From: Coriobacteriales bacterium
GTDB lineage: Bacteria; Actinomycetota; Coriobacteriia; Coriobacteriales; UBA8131
Assembly: GCA_031279835.1 (NCBI GenBank)
Contig: JAITHV010000011.1
Span: 1 to 44,458 of the forward strand
DNA: 44,458 bases
Direction of reading: 5' to 3'
Part shown: one piece after another, positions 21,404 through 31,904 of the stretch
Layout of the letters: every line of letters begins with the position of its first letter
How positions within the stretch are numbered: position 1 is the first letter of the stretch
Notes under the pieces: generated by a model
Seen by the model: only the letters and a program-made list of their open reading frames with translations
Told to the model about the DNA's origin: nothing
Databases searched by the model: none
Made by a program: the position numbers and the translations under genes

Positions 21404-22498
21404 ATGGACAGCTTGCGACACACCGTGATGATGGTGGACGACAATGTGACCAACCTGACGCTTGGCAAAAACCTGCTCAAGGAAGTCTACGACGTGTACA
21501 CGGTCCCCTCGGCAAAAAAAATGCTCGACCTTCTCGACAAGCTTCAGCCTGACCTCATTTTGCTCGACATCGAGATGCCCGAGATGAACGGGTACGAGGC
21601 CATCAAAAAGCTCAAGTCAGACCCGCGCTTCGCAGACATCCCGGTCGTCTTTTTGACCGCGCGCGCAGACGAGGGCTCCGAGATGGAGGGCCTGAGCCTT
21701 GGCGCCGTCGACTACATCTACAAGCCGTTCTCAGGGCCCCTGCTGATTCAGCGCATCAGAAACCATCTGATCACCGTCGAGCAGCGCAGGGACCTCGAGC
21801 GCTACAACCACGACCTCGAGAGCCTGGTCGAGCAGAAGGCAGCGCAGGTCAACGAGCTCAAGAACACCGTGATCGCCTCCATCGCGGAGCTGGTCGAAAG
21901 CCGCGACAACGTGACGGGAAACCACATCATGCGCACCCAGGCCTACCTGAAGCTATTGCTCGACGAGCTCACCGGGCAAGGAATCTACACAGACCTGACA
22001 CGCGAGTGGAACTTTGACTTCCTGTTCACGGCGGCCCAGCTGCATGACGTAGGAAAAATAGCGATAAGCGACACCATCCTCAACAAGCCGGACCGACTCA
22101 CGGCTGAGGAGTTCGAGATAATGAAGACGCATGCGCCGCTCGGTGTCAAGATAATCAACACCATTGAGGGCAAGACCAAGGAGCATGCCTTTCTCCACCA
22201 TGCCAAGACCATTGCAGGCACCCATCATGAGAAGTGGGACGGCACGGGCTATCCGAGCGGCCTGAAAGGCAAGAACATACCGCTCGAAGGGCGGCTCATG
22301 GCCATCGCCGACGTCTACGACGCGCTCATCTCGGTGCGCCCCTACAAGAAGGCGCTTCCCATCCCCGAGGCAGAGCACATCATCGTGGAAGGCGCCGGCA
22401 CCCACTTTGACCCGGTGCTCGTTGGCGTGTTCCAGACCATCGCCGACCGCTTTGCGAACATCGCCCAAGCGCATCGAGACAGCCCGGCCTGCAGCTGA
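21404..22498 (+). CDS. Response regulator REC + HD-GYP cyclic dinucleotide phosphodiesterase (RpfG/COG3437 type), copy 1
   Basis: VDD...LILLDIEMP...FLTA...KP receiver domain; LHDVGK, HHEKWDGTGYP, IADVYDAL..RPYK. ATG 21404 follows GAAAGGGG. Confidence 0.94.
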   Translation: MDSLRHTVMMVDDNVTNLTLGKNLLKEVYDVYTVPSAKKMLDLLDKLQPDLILLDIEMPEMNGYEAIKKLKSDPRFADIPVVFLTARADEGSEMEGLSLGAVDYIYKPFSGPLLIQRIRNHLITVEQRRDLERYNHDLESLVEQKAAQVNELKNTVIASIAELVESRDNVTGNHIMRTQAYLKLLLDELTGQGIYTDLTREWNFDFLFTAAQLHDVGKIAISDTILNKPDRLTAEEFEIMKTHAPLGVKIINTIEGKTKEHAFLHHAKTIAGTHHEKWDGTGYPSGLKGKNIPLEGRLMAIADVYDALISVRPYKKALPIPEAEHIIVEGAGTHFDPVLVGVFQTIADRFANIAQAHRDSPACS

Positions 22499-22517
22499 GC
22501 GACACGCGCTGCCCGAT

Positions 22518-22546
22518 CTGGCGCACGTGTGCTTCGCCAGCCTTTT
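22518..22546 (+). terminator. Putative intrinsic terminator after HD-GYP gene 1
   Basis: ctggcg...cgccag hairpin followed by cctttt. Confidence 0.5.
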
Positions 22547-22614
22547 AGCGCGACAGAAGGCCTTTGCTCTAGGACGCCTGCGGAGGCTTCATACCGGCCT
22601 TCGCCACCACGCTA

Positions 22615-22623
22615 TGCTACACT
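22615..22623 (+). promoter_or_regulatory. Extended -10 promoter element for HD-GYP gene 2
   Basis: TGcTACACT, in the same ctatgcta context as copy 1. Confidence 0.45.
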
Positions 22624-22763
22624 GTATGTGGTCGTTAATCGTGCGGCAGAGGGGGCAGTTTGGGGACTGCGTCTGCTAGGATGTGCGACCTGTTCCGCAG
22701 CTATCAGTGCTTCAGCGCCCGGGGGCCAGCTTCTCGTCTCAGGGTCGAAAGGGGTTGTTAACC

Positions 22764-23897
22764 ATGAGTGACATCCGCAACAAGGTCTTGTTGGTAGACG
22801 ACAATTTGACCAACCTCTCCATGGGAAAGAACATACTCAAAAACATCTACGAAGTCTACACGGTGTCGTCTGCGCAGCGCATGTTCTCGCTCCTCGAGAA
22901 GATACAGCCGGACCTTATCCTCCTCGACATCGAGATGCCCGAGATGAACGGGTACGAGGCCATAAAGAAGCTCAAGTCCGACTCGCACTTCGCCGACATT
23001 CCCGTCATTTTTGTGACGGCGCGCTCAGACGAAGGCTCGGAGATGGAGGGGCTGAGCCTCGGCGCCATCGACTACATTTACAAGCCGTTTTCGGGCGCAC
23101 TGATCATACAGCGCATCAAGAACCACCTCATCACCGTCGAGCAGCGAAAGACGCTCGAGCGCTACAACCACAACCTCGAGAGCGCGGTGCGGGAGAAGAG
23201 CGAACAGGTCCACGAGCTCAAGAACACCGTCATCACCTCCATCGCAGAGATGGTCGAGAGCCGCGACAACGTGACGGGAAACCACATCATGCGCACCCAG
23301 GCCTACCTGAAGCTATTGCTCGACGAGCTCGTTGAACAGGGCATTTACTCCGACGTGACGAGAGGCTGGAACTTCGACTTCCTGTTCACAGCGGCCCAGC
23401 TGCACGACGTGGGAAAGATATCGATAAGCGACACCATCCTCAACAAGCCGGATCGCCTCACGGCTGAGGAGTTCGAGATAATGAAGACGCACGCGTTGCT
23501 CGGCGTCAAGATAATCAACTCCATTGAGGGCAACACGCGCGAGCACGAGTTCCTGCGCCATGCGAAGACTATTGCAGGCACCCATCATGAGAAGTGGGAC
23601 GGCACAGGCTACCCGTACGGCCTCAAGGGCAGGGAGATACCGCTCGAGGGGCGTCTCATGGCAATCGCCGACGTCTACGACGCGCTCATCTCGGTGCGCC
23701 CCTACAAAGAGGCCCTGCCCATCCCCGAGGCCGAGCGCATCATAGTCGAGGGCGCCGGCTCCCACTTTGACCCGGTTCTCGTCGGCGTGTTCCAGACGGT
23801 TGCGAGTCGTTTTGCGCACATTGCCCAAAACTACCGCGACAGCTCCCCAGAAGGCGAGACGCCGCACACGCCCCTGGAGCGCGCGCGCGTGGCATAG
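22764..23897 (+). CDS. Response regulator REC + HD-GYP phosphodiesterase, copy 2 (tandem paralogue)
   Basis: Same motifs as copy 1 and highly similar to it. ATG 22764 follows GAAAGGGG. Confidence 0.94.
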   Translation: MSDIRNKVLLVDDNLTNLSMGKNILKNIYEVYTVSSAQRMFSLLEKIQPDLILLDIEMPEMNGYEAIKKLKSDSHFADIPVIFVTARSDEGSEMEGLSLGAIDYIYKPFSGALIIQRIKNHLITVEQRKTLERYNHNLESAVREKSEQVHELKNTVITSIAEMVESRDNVTGNHIMRTQAYLKLLLDELVEQGIYSDVTRGWNFDFLFTAAQLHDVGKISISDTILNKPDRLTAEEFEIMKTHALLGVKIINSIEGNTREHEFLRHAKTIAGTHHEKWDGTGYPYGLKGREIPLEGRLMAIADVYDALISVRPYKEALPIPEAERIIVEGAGSHFDPVLVGVFQTVASRFAHIAQNYRDSSPEGETPHTPLERARVA

Positions 23898-23943
23898 CCT
23901 GCCTGTCGTTGTCAACGTGACCTGACTGCGCGACGCGGTCAGG

Positions 23944-24357
23944 TCACGCTTTGCTTGTGTCTAGATAGGTTTGGAGCACAACGGTCGCCGCCAGCGCGTC
24001 GAGTTTTCCGCGCTGCGCGCGCCCGTTGGCGCCCGCCTCACGGGCGACTCGCCGCGCCTCATGGGTGCTCAGGCGCTCGTCGGCGAACGCCACGTCTATG
24101 CCAGAGGCCGCGCTGACTTGCTCGGCGCAAGCGCGCACGCGGGCAGCCTGTGGGCCCTCCTCGCCCGCAAGCGTCAAAGGAAGACCGCACAGCAGCAAGG
24201 CTGGCTCATAGTCTTCTAGCATGCGACGAAACGGAGGGGCGCTTTTGAGCACGTCGCACGTTGCCACCACGCCGAGCGGGCTTGCCACCGTACCGGTCGC
24301 GTCTGAGACGGCCACGCCGCAGCGTTTTTCTCCTATGTCGAGGCACATGACTCTCAT
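23944..24357 (-). CDS. ruvX: Holliday junction resolvase-like / pre-16S rRNA nuclease RuvX (YqgF)
   Basis: MRVMCLDIGEKRCGVAVSD, GLP, DERLST, D..AA..LQ.YLD motifs; follows alaS. Confidence 0.93.
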   Translation of the reverse strand: MRVMCLDIGEKRCGVAVSDATGTVASPLGVVATCDVLKSAPPFRRMLEDYEPALLLCGLPLTLAGEEGPQAARVRACAEQVSAASGIDVAFADERLSTHEARRVAREAGANGRAQRGKLDALAATVVLQTYLDTSKA

Positions 24358-24429
24358 GCCATTGCCCGGCATGACTGCGACTGTGCCTGCAGCTCAAGAA
24401 TTTGGCGCAAGCCCATGGCCAGTGACCGC

Positions 24430-27171
24430 CTACGAGGGCTCATCGGGGGCTTCGAGCAGCGCGCGCGCGGCTGTGAGCGCGCCGTCAAGGCCGGCAGGGT
24501 CCTTCCCGCCTGCCTGTGCCATCGAGGGCTTGCCCCCGCCGCTTCCGCCCATGCAGGAAGAGACGTGCCGAATCACCGCGCCTGCGTCAAACCCTGCCTC
24601 GACAGCGGCTGGCGTCGCCGCTGCCAAAACAAGCGGGGATCCGGTGGGGCGCAACGTGCCGAGCACCACGGCCGAGCTCGCGCCCAGCGTCGTTCGCAGC
24701 CCGTCCCACAAAGAGCGCAGGCCTTCGGCCTCAAGGCCGTCCACGCGCGCCACCACGAGCGCATATCCGACATCGTGCGCTGCCGACGCAAGCCGCTGCA
24801 CGTCGAGCGCCGCAGACGCCTTCCTGCTCGCTGCTGCGTCAGCCTCCAGCTCGCGGACCTTGGCGACCAGGGCAGCCACTTTGTCGGGCACTTCTCCCGG
24901 CGACGACTTGAGCAAGGCCGCCGACGCGTGCAGCTGTGCCTCCTGTCTGTTGACGTGCGCAAGCGCGTCAAAGCTCGTGACTGCCTCGATGCGCCGAAGA
25001 TTGGCACCAATGCTCGACTCGCCGAGGATCTTGCAAAACCCGATCTGCGCGGTGTGCTGCACATGGGTCCCCCCGCACAGTTCACGTGAGCGCGGCCCAG
25101 CCTCGAGAACACGGACCCGTTCGCCGTACTTTTCGCCAAACAGTGCCGTCACGCCTTGCTCGCGCGCCTCAGAGAGCGAGGCCTCATAGGAGGTCACCGT
25201 GCCGTCTTCCATGATGAGGGTGTTGACGAGCTGCTCGATCTCAACGATCTGCTCAGGGGCAATGTGCTCGAAGTGCGTGAAGTCGAAGCGAAGGTGGTCG
25301 AAGCTCACCAGCGAGCCCGCCTGCTTGACATGGGCGCCGAGGACCTCCTGAAGCGCATGGTGGAGAAGGTGCGTCGCGGTATGGTTGCGCTGGATGCGCT
25401 CGCGGCGCACGATGTCGATTCGCGCGCTCACCGCGTCGCCTACGCGCAAGGTCCCGTCGACGCGGCCGATGTGCGCATAGACGGACTTCTCAAAGACTTG
25501 GGTGTCCTCGACCGTGAAGACGCCGACACTGACACTCGCGACTGGCTCAGGAGCAGCGCCAGGGGCACCGAGCACGACCAGCGTGCCGGTGTCGCCCACT
25601 TGTCCTCCCATCTCGCCATAAAAGGGCGTGCGGTCCAACACTACCGTAGCCTGCTGCCCGTCGCAGACCTCAACGGCCTTCTCGCCGTTCACTATGAGCG
25701 CCAACACTTGTGCGTCCAGCTCATGGTGGTCGTAGCCTTCAAAGCTGGTCGCGCCGTGCTCGTTGAGCAGGTCGCTGTAGACACCAAGGTAAGTGCCCCA
25801 GGCATCGTCTTTGGCGTGGGTGCGCGCCCGCTCGCGCTGCTGCTCCATATGCGCCTCGAAGCCTTCGCGGTCTACGGAGACCCCCTGCTCGGCGGCAATC
25901 TCGACCGTTAGGTCGATGGGAAAGCCAAAGCGGTCGTGCAGCTCGAAGGCCACGGCGCCATCAAGACGACGAGACGAGCCGCAACGGTCGAGATGCCCGT
26001 CAGGCAGTTGTGCGAGATGCTGTTCGAGGTAGCCTTGGCCTTGGCGCAGCGTCTGGGCGAAGCGGTCCTCCTCATTGCGAACGATGCGCTCGATGAGCCG
26101 TCGGTTCTCGGCAAGCTCGGGATACACGTCGCCCATCTCGTCAATGACAGCCTCGACGAAGGCCTCAAGAAACGGCGGCTCGATGCCGAGCAGCTGGCCA
26201 TGGCGCATCGCACGGCGCAGAAGGCGGCGCAGCACGTAGCCGCGTCCCTCGTTCGCAGGCAGTATGCCGTCGGCGATCATGAAGGTGACCGCGCGTGCGT
26301 GGTCTGCGAGTATGCGCAGCGAGAGGTCGTCGCGCGCCGTGCGGGCCAAGACAGGGTCGGCACCGTCCACAGCGTCAAAGCTCCCGGTGTAGGCAAGGCC
26401 GCTCAAGCGCTCCCCCACCACTATGAGGCCACGCAGTATGTCCGCGTCATAGTTCGACTTGACTCCCTGGAGTATGGCCGCAGTGCGCTCCAAGCCCATT
26501 CCGGTGTCGATGTTCTTCTTGGGCAGCGGCACGAGCGTGCCGTCCTCCTGACGGTCGAATTGTGTAAAGACGCAGTTCCAGTACTCGAGGTACCTGTCGC
26601 AGTCACAGCCTGGACCACAGTCTGGGCTCCCGCACCCGAACTCAGCGCCCTGGTCGTAGTACAGTTCGCTGCAGGGGCCGCACGGTCCTGTGGGGCCGGC
26701 GGTCCAGAAGTTGTCCTTCTCCCCAAGTCTTCGTATGCGGTCTTCAGGCACGCCGATGGACTTCCAGATCTCGATAGTCTCGTCGTCGTCGAGGTAGACG
26801 GTATAGTAGAGACGGTCGGGGTCGAATCCAAGCACCTCTGTTGAGAACTCGTAAGCCCAGGCGCACATCTCCTTTTTGAAGTAGGCCCCGAACGAGAAGT
26901 TGCCGAGCATCTCAAAAAAGCTCAAGTGGCGCCCCGTCGTCCCGATTATGTCGATGTCAGTTGTGCGAACGCACTTTTGCACGGTAGCTGTGCCAACGTA
27001 AGGGTCTTCGAGCTGCTTTTGTTGCAGGAAGTACGGTTTGAACTGGACCATGCCCGCACTGGTGAGCAGCAGCGACGGGTCATCGGGCACAAGAGAAGAA
27101 GATGGCCAGCGCTTGCAGCCTTTCGACTCGAAGAAGGCGAGGTATTTCTCCCTCAGCTCTGAGCTTTTCAT
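24430..27171 (-). CDS. alaS: Alanine--tRNA ligase
   Basis: LLTSAGMVQFK, HLSFFEMLGNFSFG, IDTGMGLER, NHTATHLLH, ELCGGTHV, GGGKPSMAQAGG motifs. Confidence 0.98.
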   Translation of the reverse strand: MKSSELREKYLAFFESKGCKRWPSSSLVPDDPSLLLTSAGMVQFKPYFLQQKQLEDPYVGTATVQKCVRTTDIDIIGTTGRHLSFFEMLGNFSFGAYFKKEMCAWAYEFSTEVLGFDPDRLYYTVYLDDDETIEIWKSIGVPEDRIRRLGEKDNFWTAGPTGPCGPCSELYYDQGAEFGCGSPDCGPGCDCDRYLEYWNCVFTQFDRQEDGTLVPLPKKNIDTGMGLERTAAILQGVKSNYDADILRGLIVVGERLSGLAYTGSFDAVDGADPVLARTARDDLSLRILADHARAVTFMIADGILPANEGRGYVLRRLLRRAMRHGQLLGIEPPFLEAFVEAVIDEMGDVYPELAENRRLIERIVRNEEDRFAQTLRQGQGYLEQHLAQLPDGHLDRCGSSRRLDGAVAFELHDRFGFPIDLTVEIAAEQGVSVDREGFEAHMEQQRERARTHAKDDAWGTYLGVYSDLLNEHGATSFEGYDHHELDAQVLALIVNGEKAVEVCDGQQATVVLDRTPFYGEMGGQVGDTGTLVVLGAPGAAPEPVASVSVGVFTVEDTQVFEKSVYAHIGRVDGTLRVGDAVSARIDIVRRERIQRNHTATHLLHHALQEVLGAHVKQAGSLVSFDHLRFDFTHFEHIAPEQIVEIEQLVNTLIMEDGTVTSYEASLSEAREQGVTALFGEKYGERVRVLEAGPRSRELCGGTHVQHTAQIGFCKILGESSIGANLRRIEAVTSFDALAHVNRQEAQLHASAALLKSSPGEVPDKVAALVAKVRELEADAAASRKASAALDVQRLASAAHDVGYALVVARVDGLEAEGLRSLWDGLRTTLGASSAVVLGTLRPTGSPLVLAAATPAAVEAGFDAGAVIRHVSSCMGGSGGGKPSMAQAGGKDPAGLDGALTAARALLEAPDEPS

Positions 27172-27221
27172 GCGCGTCTCCTTGATGGGCGGAATAAAGA
27201 CAGTCGCATTATTATAGCGAT

Positions 27222-28439
27222 TTACTGCGTGTCGTCCGTCTCGACAGCGCTCTCGTCTTCGCCGGGCGTTGCGTCGCCTTTCTCAGCCGACGCGTCGTCA
27301 GCGTCGCTTGCATCGTCCGCCTCGTCGTCAGGCGCCCTGCTCTTGAAAAACGCGCCATTGACTGACACGAGATGTCTTCCTGTGCGCTTTTCAAAGTAAA
27401 AAACGAAGATTGACTTCAAGGCAGCTGTGAGCGGTATGGCGCAGATCATCCCAAAAATGCCGCCGATGGCACCGCCCGCGATAAGAACGACGAGTATCAT
27501 GCTGGGATGCAGCTCTACAGCCCCTGACATGACGCGCGGCGATATTAAGTTATCGGTGATCTGCTGGGGCACGATGGTGAAAACGAGGGCAAGCAGCGCG
27601 GTGAGCGGCGAGACGAACAGCCCCAGCACCGCGACGGTCGCGCCCGCTATCCATACGCCAAGAAACGGAATGAAGTTCATCAGCCCGGTGAACATCCCGA
27701 GCACCACCGGATACGGAAGCCCAATGAAGTAGTAGGCGATGCCCGCCATTGTCCCTGTGCAAAAGCTCGCGACCACCATGCCTTTAAGATAACCGCCGAT
27801 CGCGGAAGAAAACGAGTGTGCGACAAACTGGAAGTCGTTTTTATAGCGCGGACCGACGACAAGCAGTATCTCCTCGCTGATGCGCGGCAGGTCCTTGAGC
27901 ACCCAAAAGCCGACGATGAGCGAGACGCCGACGACCAAAAAGCCGTTCGCGATCCCTGAGCTCGCCCGAACGAGCCAGTTAGCCGACTCTCCCGCGAGCG
28001 ATGTGGCCCATCGCGAGAGGTCGCTGCTAAAACCGAGAAACAACTGCTGGATGTTGCTGTCTTCGAGCAGGTCTTGGTACTGCACATAAAAGGCGGTCAT
28101 CGCCTCTTGGGCGTCGTTCACATAGCCGGGAACCAATGATAGTATTCCCACAAGCTGCTCTATTAATATTGGCAGGATAATGAGGAGGACAAGGGCGATG
28201 ACAAGAAGGGCGCACAGGTACAGCAGCGCGGCCCCGAGCGCACGGGGCACTTTTCTCTGCTCAAGCCATTTGACCGGCACCCTGAGCACGAAAACGAGAA
28301 ACGCAGAGAACAGGATGACAGAAATCGAGGTCCATACCTGGCCAAGCACATACCCGCAGGCAGCGACAATGAGGACAATGCCGATGGCGGTCCATACCAG
28401 ATGGAAGGTCCGACGTGCTTTTTCTTGTCGCGTTTCCAT
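27222..28439 (-). CDS. AI-2E family transporter
   Basis: Multi-TM protein with NFIPFLG, QQITDNLISPRVM, LHP, GG.IGGIFGMI.AIP motifs. Confidence 0.9.
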   Translation of the reverse strand: METRQEKARRTFHLVWTAIGIVLIVAACGYVLGQVWTSISVILFSAFLVFVLRVPVKWLEQRKVPRALGAALLYLCALLVIALVLLIILPILIEQLVGILSLVPGYVNDAQEAMTAFYVQYQDLLEDSNIQQLFLGFSSDLSRWATSLAGESANWLVRASSGIANGFLVVGVSLIVGFWVLKDLPRISEEILLVVGPRYKNDFQFVAHSFSSAIGGYLKGMVVASFCTGTMAGIAYYFIGLPYPVVLGMFTGLMNFIPFLGVWIAGATVAVLGLFVSPLTALLALVFTIVPQQITDNLISPRVMSGAVELHPSMILVVLIAGGAIGGIFGMICAIPLTAALKSIFVFYFEKRTGRHLVSVNGAFFKSRAPDDEADDASDADDASAEKGDATPGEDESAVETDDTQ

Positions 28440-28550
28440 GCCCGCTTCGCTTATCTCCCCATGCTGCTCGACGCAGCGCGGGGAGATGCTTGGGTGGGGC
28501 AGGGAGACCCAGTCTGACCGACCGCTCGGTTGAGGGCGGCAGGAAAGTCG

Positions 28551-30332
28551 CTAGTCATCGTCGTCAGAACCGGACGTGTAGTAAAGGAAGAAGTCGTCTT
28601 GCGCGTCCGCGTCAACGGCATCAGGCAGCGCTGAGGGCTGCGACGAGCTGAGCGCGTCTGCAGGGACGCCTTCTGGTGCAGTTGAGGGAGCAGCCGGTTG
28701 AGGGGCTGGCTCTGGCTCTGTGGGGGACGTGACAAGAGGAGCCGGGACGACTACTGCCGATTGCTGAGTGAAGTACTCGTCGAGAAGGTCGTCCTCCGTG
28801 CCTTCAACGACCTCGCTGCTTGACGAGGCGAAATCAAAATAACCAGTGCCGGGAATCCCAAAGTTTCGGCGGTCGTCCACATAGGGGGCTGCCTTGAAGT
28901 AGGATGACTCGCCCATATTGACCGCTACAGTCCTAGTCTGCGCTTCTGTTTTTTGCTCGTAGCTTCCTTCGTCTGGCTCGAAGTCAGGGTCGAAACTCAT
29001 CCCGGCGTTGACCGGAGTGAAGGACACAGTTGACCCGAGATCTTCAGGCGCTGAGGAGACCGACAGCTGCGGCACGTGGGGATGCGCCTCAGGCACTTCA
29101 TCCTGCTGCAGAGTGTCCGAGGTTGCCTCCAGCATCGTCTCTTGCTCGTCGAGCGGCTTTTCGGCAACCGGCGTGTCAAATGGCTCATAGGCGATATGGC
29201 TGTCGAAGAACGCCTGGTCAGGATCGGGCTCTTGAGGCGGCATGCTTGCGTCGACTTGCTTCGCAGAGGTGTACGCCGGGCGATAAAAAGCGACTTCGGG
29301 CGCTGGCGCAGGCGCTGGCTCTGGTTGCGGATCGGGCATTGATTGCGGCTCGGGCTCGGGTTCCGGCTCGGGCGTTGGCTCGTGCACGGGCTCGGGCGCT
29401 GGCTCGGGCTCGGGCGCTGGCTCCGGCTCGGGCTCGGGCGCTGGCTCCGGTTGCTGCACCTGCTCAGGCTCTGGTTCCGGCACGGGCTCCGGCTCGGGAT
29501 CAGGCGTTGGCTCCGGTTGCTGCACTTGCTCAGGCTCCGGTTCCGGCACGGGCTCCGGCTCGCGCACGGGCGCTGGCTCGTGCACGGGCTCGGGCGCTGG
29601 CTCCGGTTGCTGCACCTGCTCAGGCTCGGGCTCGAGCATTGGCGCAGGCTCAAGTCCCGAGAACAGGTCAGGGAACGACTCAAAGAACGAGTCGTCGCCC
29701 GCCACCGTCTGTTCTGAGGCAATAAAGCTGTCGTCCTGCGTAGGACCGGCATACGACGCAAAGAACTCAGTGGGGGGTTCCCCAACTGGCTGCTCTCCCC
29801 CCCCGGGTGCATACTCAGGATACGAGGACGGAACACCCGCCTGCTCTTCCACAGGCGCATGGGTGCCATAGCCTGCTTCTGCCTCGGCAGCAGCTGCAGC
29901 CCTCAGCACCTCTTCGGCCTCGTCTGCGCGACGACCAGCACGTCGCTTGCCAAAGACGCTGCGAATCTTGTCACTCGCCGAGTTGAGCAGGTTCAAAGGC
30001 GCGTCAGTGATCTCGGCTACCTTGCCCACAGCCTCAGAGGCCACGTCGGTGATGTCGCTGATATTAGCGAGAATCTGGTCGGCGCGCATTATCTCTAAGC
30101 TCGCCGCATCGACCATCAACGACACGCGCTCAAGCAGCGGGTCGACCTTTTGGATCGCCGGCTGGAGCTCTTGTATGGTTGCGTTGACCTTCTCGATGGT
30201 AGGCCGCAGCTCGTCTATGGTTTTGTTGACCTTGCGCACTGTGGCGATCAGGTTCACAACCAAGACAATTAGTACAATCACAAACAGGGCAATGACCAAA
30301 AAGAGTATCTGAAGTATCAGCTCTGTGGTCAT
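28551..30332 (-). CDS. DUF948/YoxC-like membrane-anchored coiled-coil protein with a long acidic Pro/Glu-rich tail
   Basis: N-terminal TM, then heptad-like helical region ([25 protein letters not shown]...), then ~450 aa of low-complexity acidic sequence; AAAGGGG RBS. Confidence 0.75.
   Translation of the reverse strand: MTTELILQILFLVIALFVIVLIVLVVNLIATVRKVNKTIDELRPTIEKVNATIQELQPAIQKVDPLLERVSLMVDAASLEIMRADQILANISDITDVASEAVGKVAEITDAPLNLLNSASDKIRSVFGKRRAGRRADEAEEVLRAAAAAEAEAGYGTHAPVEEQAGVPSSYPEYAPGGGEQPVGEPPTEFFASYAGPTQDDSFIASEQTVAGDDSFFESFPDLFSGLEPAPMLEPEPEQVQQPEPAPEPVHEPAPVREPEPVPEPEPEQVQQPEPTPDPEPEPVPEPEPEQVQQPEPAPEPEPEPAPEPEPAPEPVHEPTPEPEPEPEPQSMPDPQPEPAPAPAPEVAFYRPAYTSAKQVDASMPPQEPDPDQAFFDSHIAYEPFDTPVAEKPLDEQETMLEATSDTLQQDEVPEAHPHVPQLSVSSAPEDLGSTVSFTPVNAGMSFDPDFEPDEGSYEQKTEAQTRTVAVNMGESSYFKAAPYVDDRRNFGIPGTGYFDFASSSSEVVEGTEDDLLDEYFTQQSAVVVPAPLVTSPTEPEPAPQPAAPSTAPEGVPADALSSSQPSALPDAVDADAQDDFFLYYTSGSDDDD
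29296..29636. repeat. Coding Pro-Glu low-complexity repeat (PEPEP; three [11 protein letters not shown] units)
   Basis: Repeated ggctcg/ggctcc hexamers and three ggctccggttgctgcac(c/t)tgctcaggctc blocks. Confidence 0.85.
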
Positions 30333-30421
30333 ACAGCCCCCTTTCTCTCGGTCCGCTCGTTGTTCACATAATAGCAGAAATCTCCTGCAAAGAGACGGCT
30401 TGCCAGCAGCGCAATGCCGAT

Positions 30422-31825
30422 TTACAGTGCGCCGGGAGGAGAAGGACTGTCGTCCTCGTTGCGGTCGCGCGCCACTGACTCAGTGCGATACGCCTCCCAA
30501 CCACGCGGTCCCGGCTCATAAAAGGCTCCTCGGGCGAGGCCGTCTGGAAGGTAGCGCTGCGTGTTCCAGCCGCGTGGGTCTGTGTGCGGGTAGCGGTACT
30601 TCTCGTAGTCTTCGGCGCCCGGACGATGACGGTCGCGCAGATGGTTGGGCACTGGGCGCAGTGCGCCCGAGCGAACCTCTGCGCGCGCCGCAAAGATGGC
30701 GGAGGTAGCGCTGTTGGACTTGGGGGCAAGTGCCATATAGAGGGCGGCCTGACTGAGGTTGAGCTGACACTCAGGATATCCTATGCACTCGGCAGACTTG
30801 AACGCTGCATGTGCGACGAGCAGTGCCTGAGGGTCGGCGTTCCCTATGTCTTCGCTAGCGAATATGAGGATACGGCGGGCGATGAACTTTGGGTCTTCTC
30901 CCCCTTCGATCATGCGCGCTAGCCAGTATACTGCGGCGTCAGGGTCGCTTCCCCGCATCGACTTGATAAAGGCGCTGATGACGTCGTAGTGGGTATCGCC
31001 CTTCTTGTCGTAGGGCAACATGCTGCGCGGCGAGACTTCGCGCAACACCGCTGAGGTTATGTAACGCGGCGCGCCTGGGTCCTCATGAACCGGCGCCTCC
31101 CCGTCGGCGGCAAGCTCCTCGAGCTCCTCGCCTCCCAGGCCATGTGCCGTGCGAGCGACGTCGGCCGCGAGCTCAAGCGTCGTGAGCGCGCTACGGGCAT
31201 CTCCTGCTGCCATGCGACAGACGGCCTCACGTGCGGCGCCCGTCAGCACAAAGGCCCCGGCAAGGCCGCGCTCGTCGCTGAGTGCCCGTAAAACGAGGGC
31301 CTCGAGGTCAGCGATGGCCAAGGGAGAGAACTCAATGATGCGCGAGCGGGACAAGAGCGCGCTGTTGACCTCAAAGAAAGGGTTTTCGGTCGTGGCGCCG
31401 ACAAGTACGACGAGCCGGTCCTCAACCGCATGGAGCAAGGCGTCTTGCTGCGTGCGCGAGAAGCGGTGTATCTCGTCGATGAACAAGATGGTGCGTTCGT
31501 CTTGGAGGGTCAGGCGCCTCGTGGCCTCGTCAAACACGCGGCGAAGGTCGCCCACTCCCCCGCTGACAGCAGAGACTTCGGCGAAGTGCGCTCGGGTCTG
31601 CAGCGCAATAACGCGTGCCAGTGTGGTCTTTCCGCTGCCTGCGGGACCATACAGTATGACTGACGAGAGGCTGTCAGCCTCAATGGCGCTGCGCAGCCAG
31701 GTTCCTGGCCCGATTACGTCGTCTTGGCCGACAAGCTCGTCGAGGCTGCGCGGGCGCATCCTGACGGCCAGCGGGGCCACGCCTTTGCGCGCCGCAGCGC
31801 CAAGCTCTTCAAAGATGGTATCCAT
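30422..31825 (-). CDS. rarA: Replication-associated recombination protein A (MgsA/RarA)
   Basis: [26 protein letters not shown]...[32 protein letters not shown] motifs. Start set at ATG 31825. Confidence 0.95.
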   Translation of the reverse strand: MDTIFEELGAAARKGVAPLAVRMRPRSLDELVGQDDVIGPGTWLRSAIEADSLSSVILYGPAGSGKTTLARVIALQTRAHFAEVSAVSGGVGDLRRVFDEATRRLTLQDERTILFIDEIHRFSRTQQDALLHAVEDRLVVLVGATTENPFFEVNSALLSRSRIIEFSPLAIADLEALVLRALSDERGLAGAFVLTGAAREAVCRMAAGDARSALTTLELAADVARTAHGLGGEELEELAADGEAPVHEDPGAPRYITSAVLREVSPRSMLPYDKKGDTHYDVISAFIKSMRGSDPDAAVYWLARMIEGGEDPKFIARRILIFASEDIGNADPQALLVAHAAFKSAECIGYPECQLNLSQAALYMALAPKSNSATSAIFAARAEVRSGALRPVPNHLRDRHRPGAEDYEKYRYPHTDPRGWNTQRYLPDGLARGAFYEPGPRGWEAYRTESVARDRNEDDSPSPPGAL

Positions 31826-31865
31826 GACTTGACCATGGTAGCGCAAGACGCCCCTCGAGCCAACA

Positions 31866-31893
31866 ACGCCCCCGGCGTGTGCGCCGGGGGCGT
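31866..31893 (-). terminator. Strong hairpin just downstream of 6S RNA (probable terminator or processing stem)
   Basis: acgcccccggcg-tgtg-cgccgggggcgt perfect 12-bp stem; only a weak U-tract follows on the minus strand. Confidence 0.55.
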
Positions 31894-31904
31894 CGATATC
31901 ACTC

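Noticed and set aside
21222-22763. c-di-GMP riboswitch upstream of the PDE genes
   Set aside because: No GEMM-type GCAAA...GAAA...CGCAAAGC pattern or class II signature was found in either intergenic region.
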